DNA of 64,000 nucleotides from Candidatus Latescibacterota bacterium. GTDB lineage: Bacteria; Latescibacterota; UBA2968; GCA-2709665. A program made the translations under genes and the position numbers. The notes under the pieces were generated by a model. That model was not told the origin of the DNA. It was given only the letters and a program-made list of their open reading frames with translations, and ran no database searches. The first letter of the stretch is position 1. Each line of letters begins with the position of its first letter. Positions 57,401 to 64,000 of this stretch are shown here, piece after piece. Location: contig CAXXJS010000005.1 of NCBI GenBank assembly GCA_963662665.2, positions 37,832 to 101,831 of the forward strand, in the 5' to 3' direction.

Positions 57401-58765
57401 ATACGACACCGAATTGACCCAGTCCGTATGCCCTGTCAGGGTAGCGGTCTTTTTCCCGACGGCCACGTCCCAAAGCCGGATCCCACCGCCACCTGTGGCG
57501 AGCTGGCCACCATCGGGAGAGAACGCCACCGCACCGAGCCACGCCCCTACCAAAACCCTGATCCGTTCACCGGTGCTCGCGTCCCACAGCAAGACCGAAT
57601 TATCACTTACGGCGGCCAGGGTGGCTCCGGCGGGTGAAAACGCCACCGACTGCAAGTGATCCGGCTCTCCCCTCAGGACAGCGATCTCGTAGGGCGAGAT
57701 CTCCGTAAGCGACGAATGCGTCTGACTGACATTCCCTTCCGTATCGATGGCGACAATCAAGAGGTTATGCTTGGCCTCGTCGTCAAGATCAAAAAAGCCA
57801 TCAAGCCAAAAAGCGCCATCATAGTTGAACTCAACCACGGCATTCATATCCCCGGTCAATCCGCGGCACCACTCCGATGTGCCAATCAGATCGACCTGGT
57901 GGAGCCCCTCCGAATCGCTGACTCTGAATCGAACCGGGACGCTTGCCGAGCCTGCCTGATATCTGTCGCTCGAAAGAATCTCGACGGTTGGCGGCGGCCC
58001 CTCTTCGATCGGTATCGCGGGATTGAGGTTGGGATTAACGGCCAGGAATTGGGCAGCGCACGCCGACAATTCCGAGTTGCGACGAGCCCCATACGACATG
58101 AGGTACCGATCATCCCTGAAATCATGTCTTAAGCCGAAGTTATGCCCCAATTCATGGGCTACCGTGAAAAAACTGAATTGATCCGGCACCACCATCGAGC
58201 CGCCGTTTTTCGTCCGCGGGAACGCCACTCCGTACGTAAGGTTTCCATTTCCCTGACGAAGCGCATCGGTACCGAGGACGATGAAGTAGATGTTCGCATC
58301 CAGATCGAAGGTCTGCTCGAGCTCGGCAACAACCGCGTTGCCGAGGGTATTGTCGTAGTGGCTGAAGGGATGCTGCCCATCGACGCGATGCACCATTGGC
58401 TCGCTCGAGGCATCGGTCTCGATACCGAACGTCCAGTCGCCGTAGCCGTGCGCCTGCATCTGCTCGCGATAGAAAATCTGGACCTCCTCGATCACCGTCT
58501 TCACCGAATCGACCACCTCGGCGCGGTACGACCAGTCGTTGGGCAGGAAGTAGATCATCCGCACGGTACGCGGTTCGCCCACGTTCAGATTCGCCGGGCG
58601 CTTGGCCGCAGGACGCGGACGGTCGCGCCGCCACTGCTGGTGTTCGTCGAAGGCGCAGACATGCACGCTGTCGGCAGGTGGGGAGGAAGAATGCGCTGCC
58701 GACAAGGATGCAACGAGAAAGCTAAGCAACACGAACAGGAACCGATGACGTACAGGTGGTTTCAT
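54455..58765 (-). CDS. Metzincin-like peptidase + WD40 + Big_1 + WD40 + dockerin (paralog)
   Basis: ATG 58765; HELGHNFGLRHD..LMSYG; same architecture as the 50007 gene. Confidence 0.9.
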   Translation of the reverse strand: MKPPVRHRFLFVLLSFLVASLSAAHSSSPPADSVHVCAFDEHQQWRRDRPRPAAKRPANLNVGEPRTVRMIYFLPNDWSYRAEVVDSVKTVIEEVQIFYREQMQAHGYGDWTFGIETDASSEPMVHRVDGQHPFSHYDNTLGNAVVAELEQTFDLDANIYFIVLGTDALRQGNGNLTYGVAFPRTKNGGSMVVPDQFSFFTVAHELGHNFGLRHDFRDDRYLMSYGARRNSELSACAAQFLAVNPNLNPAIPIEEGPPPTVEILSSDRYQAGSASVPVRFRVSDSEGLHQVDLIGTSEWCRGLTGDMNAVVEFNYDGAFWLDGFFDLDDEAKHNLLIVAIDTEGNVSQTHSSLTEISPYEIAVLRGEPDHLQSVAFSPAGATLAAVSDNSVLLWDASTGERIRVLVGAWLGAVAFSPDGGQLATGGGGIRLWDVAVGKKTATLTGHTDWVNSVSYSPGGALLASGSADSTVKLWDVASRTEIATLTGHTGRIASVSFSPGGALLASGSVDSTVKLWDVASRREIVTLEGHTSGIRSVAFSPDGTTLAGAGSYGVTLWDVTSRKEVANLYNGGSPVSYSPGGSTLFYARYGAITLWDVATRKVLTTLAGASPDVHSMSLSPDGTILASGSWRDGTITLWDVSEWAEPRPFALEVVSGDGQQGPPGAALAQLLVVEVRDQYGDLLPDASVTFTVTAGDGKLSGRFTVEHATTDADGRAELTLTLGPHPGLNVVKVSLSGRKLATFAAEGVGTAVAELAGDYRTWHLPAGATVRLGKGGLGESDRAVALSGDGRCLAVASGIGVWLYEAATTRLLALLPSAGPVQSVAWSQDGTLAVGTTGWEDGRVELWKVATGERVGILRHAEWWRGVTVVFSPDGTKLASGSSRRIRLWDVETRREVATWEVPDTEFVWPTSVVFSPDGTRLASNTLDSTVRLWDLATQTEVARLEGHTTRVASVAFSPDGALLASGGSYHDPTVRLWDAATQRQVAILRGPIHSEIKSVSFSSPDGALVAAGSTDNTVRLWDVAAHEEVAILEEHVAGIRSVMFSGDGATLVSGAADGTVMPRDEKTGSAAGLSGHGSLSSMSLSPDGAVLASAGGSDDPTVKLWDIKTRKLVETLEGHTGSVLSVSFSPDGALLASAGDWEDPTVRLWDVTTRKLVETLRGHTEEVSSVSFSPDGALLASAGGWEDGSVRLWDVGKRELIGILEGHTGSVHSVSFSPDGALLASAGGWEDGSVRLWDVGKRELIGILEGHTGGVHSLSFSPDGALLASAGRHEGSVSLWDVGKRELIATLGRDWVDSYSVTFSPDGAFLASGLRDGKVLLWDVAEEAIAARLEGHRDLVRSLAFSPDGATLISGARDGTMLLWDAAQVLAPSIANPDFDGDGTVGFSDFVQFAAQFGLNQDDDGFDARFDLDGNGAIGFSDFLIFAGAFGKSTS
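55004..55259. repeat. Tandem duplication of a WD40 unit (132-bp period)
   Basis: 55004-55127 appears identical to 55136-55259. Confidence 0.85.
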
Positions 58766-58787
58766 ATTGGCATCCATATTACAAGAA

Positions 58788-59035
58788 GCGGCTGACATGC
58801 AATCGGCCGATTTCCATTAAAGGAAGGGCTTCATTCCAAACACGGCAGTCCTCAACTGGACGCAGTGCTGTTCCCGAACGCGCCGGCGAAGATCAGAAAA
58901 TCGCTGAACCCGATGGCGCCGTTGCCGTCCAGGTCGAATCGAGCGTCGAATCCGTCGTCGTCCTGGCTCAACCCGAACTTTCCCGCAAACTGCAAAAAAT
59001 CCGAAAATCCGACGGTCCCGTCGCCGTCGAAGTCG
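58788..59035. repeat. Direct repeat (spacer plus dockerin tail), partner at 61064-61311
   Basis: GCGGCTGACATGCAATCGGCCGATTTC...TTCCAAACACGGCAGTCCTCAACTGGACGC in both copies; offset 2276 bp. Confidence 0.85.
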
Positions 59036-59112
59036 GCATCGGTTATCGCTGTCACCGTGAACGTCACCGGCTTGAGATTGCCAACAATCGCAACAACGGT
59101 GTTGGGGCCCGG
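58852..59112 (-). pseudogene. Orphan Big_1 end plus dockerin tail
   Basis: GPNTVVAIVGNLKPVTFTVTAITDADFDGDG...FGNSTASS* with no signal peptide or gene body. Confidence 0.75.
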
Positions 59113-59167
59113 CAGGCAGGTTGCAAGCAGACCCTGCGTCGTGTCCGCCTAAGAGACGTAGACCCGC

Positions 59168-60835
59168 TCACTCTCTCACCAGTTGCCACTTCAGCTTTGC
59201 GCCATCCAGGTTGACTTTCACGGCTTTCACATCCAGTTCGTCCAACGTCTGCGGAAGGTCGCCGCGCAGGAGAAACCCCTGATCTTCATACGGTCCGATG
59301 AGTGAATCTTCTTTGTTGTCCAGCTTGATCTTCCTGCCCTGGGAAGTAGTAAAGACAATGTCCTTCAGCTTTCGGGGTTTGCCAATATCGGCGGTGGCGT
59401 ATACCTTCCCCAAAACCTGTGTGGGATCCAGCGAGAACCTGCTTGCTACCGCGGCCGTGGTCCAGCGCTGGCACGACATTTCGAGGGTCACGACCTCGTC
59501 GCCACGTTTGTTGCGACCCACCACGCGCACCGGTTTTTCGAATACCTTTACAGTGGAACCGGTAAAGGCGGCGATGCGATCGTCCAGTAGAGGGTGCGAG
59601 CGAAATGCCCGCATCTTCTTTTGATCGACACCGACGTAATCCGTGTAGTACCGCAATTTCTTCAACACGCGCGTCATTTCGGCAAGCCCCTCCTGACCGT
59701 ATCGCTGCTCCAGATACAGGGCCGCCATCGCGTCGGCCTCCTCCTCCATCGATCGCGGATACCCCTCGTAAAAGACGTCGGTCGCAGCCTTGGCCAGGTC
59801 GAATGCCATGCCGCCAAAGATTACCGCTTTTTCCACCTTGTTTTCCTTGGATTTCTTCCCGGCAAGCACACCCACAATCGCCCCCACGCCGGCTGCAATG
59901 GTCTGTTTCGTTTTCTCTTTTCGATAAATCCGATAGCTGTGCCGGCGCTCGACGTGGGCGATTTCGTGAGCGATCACGCCCTCGATTTCCAACTCGCTCT
60001 CCGCGGCCTCCAGCAACCCCCGGTTGACAAACACGTACCCCGTGGGCAACGCATACGCATTGACCTCGCCGTCTTCCATCACCGAAAACCGATACTGATA
60101 CCCCTGCAACGGGACTGGCCAGTTGTCCAGCACCCGTTGCCCGATCGCTCGCGTGCGCACCTGCAATGCGTGGTCCGTTGCCAACTGTCCCATGCTCTTA
60201 ATCTGCTGCGACGCGTAGAGACCCAGCATCCGCTCGGTCGCGTAATCACTTACCAGCGGCATCCGCATAAAACACAGCTTGCACGCCCGCATGCCCGCAG
60301 CTTCCGCTTCCTCGTGTGTGTGAAAGGCCTGGCGTCTGTCCGCATCCGGCAGATGATTGCACGACGCCACGTGAAACACGTTACTGCTCGTATTGCCGAT
60401 CAGCGACGGCAAAACCTCTGTCTCTTCTCCGGTCTTGAAACACAGCGCAAATCCCGCGTCAAAAGCCGCTCTGTTCATCGGCGGGGAATGCAGCGGCGAC
60501 GAAAAACCTACTCGACCCTTTCCCATCCGGGCACTGGCAAACTCGACTTCAATTGCGTCATCGCGCGTCTTGATCGATCGAATCCGCACCGGTTCGTCCT
60601 TTTCGATGCGAAACAGGGTCGGATACCTCCGGGAATGTGCGTAGTAATACACATTGCCGGCATGCTCGTAGTACGTCATCGGATTCTGATGGATACTGCC
60701 CCGAAGGATCAGGTCGCGCCCCTTCAACGCCTTCTCCAAGTCCTTGCCCAAACGCCCCGATACCCTATTTGCATACACGTCGCCGCTTGTGAAGAAACAG
60801 AGAGCGACACACCCCAGACGGATGAAGTTGGTCAT
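59168..60835 (-). CDS. Secreted M48-family metalloprotease with an Ada-like zinc-binding module
   Basis: ATG 60835 after AAAGGAG; FHVASC...AEAAGMRACKLC; VNAYALPTG, AHEIAHV, EEEAD, SHP...RI. Confidence 0.85.
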   Translation of the reverse strand: MTNFIRLGCVALCFFTSGDVYANRVSGRLGKDLEKALKGRDLILRGSIHQNPMTYYEHAGNVYYYAHSRRYPTLFRIEKDEPVRIRSIKTRDDAIEVEFASARMGKGRVGFSSPLHSPPMNRAAFDAGFALCFKTGEETEVLPSLIGNTSSNVFHVASCNHLPDADRRQAFHTHEEAEAAGMRACKLCFMRMPLVSDYATERMLGLYASQQIKSMGQLATDHALQVRTRAIGQRVLDNWPVPLQGYQYRFSVMEDGEVNAYALPTGYVFVNRGLLEAAESELEIEGVIAHEIAHVERRHSYRIYRKEKTKQTIAAGVGAIVGVLAGKKSKENKVEKAVIFGGMAFDLAKAATDVFYEGYPRSMEEEADAMAALYLEQRYGQEGLAEMTRVLKKLRYYTDYVGVDQKKMRAFRSHPLLDDRIAAFTGSTVKVFEKPVRVVGRNKRGDEVVTLEMSCQRWTTAAVASRFSLDPTQVLGKVYATADIGKPRKLKDIVFTTSQGRKIKLDNKEDSLIGPYEDQGFLLRGDLPQTLDELDVKAVKVNLDGAKLKWQLVRE

Positions 60836-61127
60836 TAGTGGACTCCTTTCTACGATGCGGTGGAAGATTGACGAATTAAATCTCTCACAGGGTGGCATCT
60901 ACGTAAAATGGATACATGATTGTTCAGGGATTCGTGTTAACGACGACCCCTTCACCGAACTGGGAGGGGAGGTCCGGTTATATCGGCCGGACGGCGGGCG
61001 ACGGACAGCGCCGAAATTCTGGAGCGAGCAGAGGGCGACGCACTTGTCACACCCGCCGCCGGCGCGGCTGACATGCAATCGGCCGATTTCTATTACAGGA
61101 AGGGCTTAATTCCAAACACGGCAGTCC

Positions 61128-64000
61128 TCAACTGGACGCGGTGCTGTTACCAAATGCACCGGCGAAGATGAGAAAATCGCTGAACCCGATGGCGCCGTTC
61201 CCATCCAGATCGAACCGGGCGTCGTACCCCTCGTTGTCCTGATTCAGCCCAAACCGTGCAGCAAACTGTACGAAATCGCCAAAGCCAACAGTCCCATTCC
61301 CATCGAAGTCTTCTCTGATTCTCGCAGTCGCAGTGAAAGTGACCGGCTCCAGTCCGGCAACGGTTGCCTCTACGGTGTTCGTCCCCGGCTGGGACCCCAG
61401 AGTCAGGGTCGTGGCGGCGCGGCCGTCGGCGTCGGTCGTGGCCGTAGTGTCCGAGAGCGCCCCGTCGCCGGCGGTGACGGCGAACGTGACTTGGACACCT
61501 GCGAGGGGATTGCCGTTCTGATCTCTGACCTCGACGACCAACGGCACGGGCAGAGGCGCACCGGTCGGCCCTTGCAGCCTGGGTCCGGCGACTTTGGTCA
61601 GCATCTGCGGATGGGGTTGCGGGAACTGCATGTCCCACAATAGGATCGTGCCATCTTCTGACCCCGAAGCAAGTACCGTTCCGTCGGACGAGAAGGACAT
61701 CGATACGACGCTACTGGTGTGTCCTTCAAGGGTGGCGACGCTTTCTAGTGACGCCACGTCCCATAGCCTGACCGCGCCATCCCATAGCCCGCCGGCCAAG
61801 ATGGTCCCGTCAGGGGAAAAGGACACGGACATGAAGCTGCTCGTAGCCCACAAGGTGGCAGTCGACTCTCGTGTCGGCACATCCCATAGCGTGATCTTGT
61901 AGTCCGCCGTAGCGACGGCCAGCGTTGCAAGGTCGGAGGATAGAGATACACGGACACGCCCAACCGAAGGGGTCCCGAGCGTGGCGAGATGGGACAGTGT
62001 CGAAGCATCCCAAAGTGTGGCCCTACCATCGCCTGAGCCGGACGCAAGCATCTTCCCATCTCCCGAAAAGGCCAGAGACCACACCCACCCATACCCAATT
62101 GGCGTGCTCACATAGTATCGTGCGGCCTCGTCTCCCCAAACGACCTCACCTCCGGCAGCGGCGCTGGCGGCGGACACTCTCGCCACGTCCCAGAGGACGA
62201 TTCCACCAGGATCCCCCGCAGCGAGCAATGTTCCGTCCTGGGAAAAGGCTAAAGACAGGATCTGGCCCTTCCCCCTCTTGAAGGAAGCGATCTTTGTGCT
62301 CGTGGTTACATCCCACAGATCAATCGTATTGTCCGACGAACCCGAGGCGAGGGTTGTGCCATCGGGCGAAAAGGCCACCACGTCGATTCCCCAGGGACGA
62401 AGTCCCAGGCTCTTTGTATTTCGTCCCGTGTCGACATCCCAGAGCTTGACGGTGCCATCTTCTCCGCCGGAAGCGAGCATCTTCCCCACCAGAGAAAAGG
62501 AAACGGAACTTCCCACATCCACGTGCCCCAGGCCGGGGAAAGTTGCGGCATTTCCCGTGACCACATCCCACAGGGCGACCGTACCATCCACCGACGCGGA
62601 AACGACCGTTCCCTCGGGCGAGAAGGCCACGGAGGTGACCCAGGATGTGTGTACACCCGTGAGAGTCTTGCTTAGTGAACCCGTCGTCACGTTCCATATT
62701 TTGACCTCGGCCTCCCGTGAGCCCGATGCGAGCATCGTTCCGTCGCGCGAGAAGGCTACGGAAGTCACTTCGCTTCTATGCCCTTTCAGGGGGGTACTTT
62801 CCCTGGTCTCCACGTCCCACAGCCTGATATCGCCATCGGCCGACGCGGAAGCGAGCACCGTCCCCATGGGGGAGAAGGCAACGGATCGGACCATCAGCCT
62901 GTGCCCGGAGAGGATGGCGACACTCTTGAAGGTTCTCAGATTCCACAGCCTGACCGTGTTGTCCATGAATCCTGCAGCGAGAGTGGTCCCGTCAGGGGAA
63001 AACGCCACTGAAACAGGACTCAACCCAGTTCCTTGTCGCTCCCCTTCCCACGTGGCAACTTCGCGTCCGGTTGCCACCTCCCACAGTTTGACTGTTTGCA
63101 GATAGTCTCCGGAAGCGAGCAGCGTTCCATCCCGCGAGAAAGAAACGCATGAGGCCAGGTACGTATGACCCTCAAGGGTGGCCGTCAGTTGGCCAGTCTC
63201 CACGTCCCACAACCTGATGTCACCATCGTCCGACGCGGAAGCGAGCAGGGTCCCGCCAGGCGAAAACGAAACGGACAGGACCGAACTCTCATGCTCGAAC
63301 AGCGCGAGTTCCCGTAACGTCGTCGTATCGTAGAGCCAGACGCCTATGCCACTTGCCACAGCGAGGTGTTGGCCATCGGGCGAGAAGGAAGCCGCTCTAT
63401 CGGTCTCATGGGGAACACGCCCCTTTCCCAGTCGCCCAATGGCGCCGTTGGGCAGGCGCCAAATCTGGGAGTCGCCGAACAGTGTGTTCACCGTCGGAGG
63501 GCCGATTCCCGTGGCGCTGAAGATCACGGGCACGCACTCTGGAGCTTGGGGAGCCGACACGCGAACGATGTTCGTGCCCGGATCGGCGCCCAGTGTGAGC
63601 GTCAACGTCGCCCTCCCAGTCGCATCGGTCGTCGCATTCTCGACCAGGTACCGGCCGCTGAGTCTGGCGTCGCCCTCGGTGACTCCAAGCTGGATCGTCG
63701 CACCCGGCAAGAGCTGGCCGTTCTGATCCCTCACCTCAACGACGAGCGGGTCCGCCAGCACCGTACCGGGGGCTCCTTCCTGGTTATCCCCGCCGACGAT
63801 CCTAATTGTTGCTGCACGACGCCGATCAGCGTCTTCGGTGTCTTGGGACAGTTCGAATTGCATGATGCCCATATTCCCGGCAATGTCAACGGCCAGCACC
63901 TCCAATCGATACCTGTCTTGATCAGACAGTCTCCTTATTCGCCCCCAGTCGGCTCCGGAAGCGCCATACCCGTCATAGTCGAACTGGACGACCTCACTCT
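61128..64000 (-). CDS. Partial modular protein: (peptidase-adjacent domain) + Big_1 + WD40 + Big_1 + dockerin
   Basis: Frame stays open beyond 63905 to the window edge (SEVVQFDYDG...LSDQDRYRLEVLAVD, homologous to the 50007 and 54455 genes). Confidence 0.88.
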   Translation of the reverse strand, partial: SEVVQFDYDGYGASGADWGRIRRLSDQDRYRLEVLAVDIAGNMGIMQFELSQDTEDADRRRAATIRIVGGDNQEGAPGTVLADPLVVEVRDQNGQLLPGATIQLGVTEGDARLSGRYLVENATTDATGRATLTLTLGADPGTNIVRVSAPQAPECVPVIFSATGIGPPTVNTLFGDSQIWRLPNGAIGRLGKGRVPHETDRAASFSPDGQHLAVASGIGVWLYDTTTLRELALFEHESSVLSVSFSPGGTLLASASDDGDIRLWDVETGQLTATLEGHTYLASCVSFSRDGTLLASGDYLQTVKLWEVATGREVATWEGERQGTGLSPVSVAFSPDGTTLAAGFMDNTVRLWNLRTFKSVAILSGHRLMVRSVAFSPMGTVLASASADGDIRLWDVETRESTPLKGHRSEVTSVAFSRDGTMLASGSREAEVKIWNVTTGSLSKTLTGVHTSWVTSVAFSPEGTVVSASVDGTVALWDVVTGNAATFPGLGHVDVGSSVSFSLVGKMLASGGEDGTVKLWDVDTGRNTKSLGLRPWGIDVVAFSPDGTTLASGSSDNTIDLWDVTTSTKIASFKRGKGQILSLAFSQDGTLLAAGDPGGIVLWDVARVSAASAAAGGEVVWGDEAARYYVSTPIGYGWVWSLAFSGDGKMLASGSGDGRATLWDASTLSHLATLGTPSVGRVRVSLSSDLATLAVATADYKITLWDVPTRESTATLWATSSFMSVSFSPDGTILAGGLWDGAVRLWDVASLESVATLEGHTSSVVSMSFSSDGTVLASGSEDGTILLWDMQFPQPHPQMLTKVAGPRLQGPTGAPLPVPLVVEVRDQNGNPLAGVQVTFAVTAGDGALSDTTATTDADGRAATTLTLGSQPGTNTVEATVAGLEPVTFTATARIREDFDGNGTVGFGDFVQFAARFGLNQDNEGYDARFDLDGNGAIGFSDFLIFAGAFGNSTASS

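Noticed and set aside
30166-61311. Diversity-generating retroelement template/variable repeat pairs
   Set aside because: Differences between repeat copies are not adenine-specific and no reverse transcriptase is present in the window.
30700-63726. Many long plus-strand ORFs (e.g. 40295-41602 poly-Gly, 53571-54758, 59594-60838)
   Set aside because: Antisense shadows of GC-rich repeat genes; no recognisable motifs.
45332-64000. WD40 proteins as NLR/STAND defence sensors
   Set aside because: No P-loop NTPase domain; they carry signal peptides and Ig domains, indicating export.

Overview
GC-rich bacterial DNA with no rRNA, tRNA, CRISPR array, integrase, transposase or reverse transcriptase that I can recognise. 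The gene content (PorV, FlgD-Ig/T9SS-type C-terminal domains, EF-hand/dockerin-like tails, and WD40, LRR and YWTD repeats) suggests an FCB-group organism such as a Latescibacterota or Gemmatimonadota relative, possibly host-associated; this is inference. (1) 1-7 kb is an accessory islet: a UDG-fold gene, a MITE-disrupted antitoxin, a PemK/MazF-type TA pair, a WYL regulator with an upstream palindrome, small genes, and a dispersed ~130-bp repeat family. (2) 7-30 kb holds envelope and housekeeping genes: ABC exporter, CtpA, GT2, RmlD, DUF255, Trm112, a porV-led cluster, YkgJ, enolase, a TPR protein and an NRAMP transporter. (3) 30-64 kb is an almost entirely minus-strand array of secreted modular proteins built from interchangeable modules (metzincin or M60 peptidase, WD40, LRR, YWTD or GIWSDG propellers, Big/CARDB Ig). 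Nearly all carry a twin EF-hand dockerin-like tag, and two cohesin-like proteins lie among them, one fused to a T9SS-type CTD. The array shows direct repeats, deletion scars, orphan tails and gene-conversion patches. Best candidate for a new system: a recombination-diversified, cohesin-dockerin-assembled, non-cellulolytic surface complex of proteases and eukaryote-like repeat proteins.
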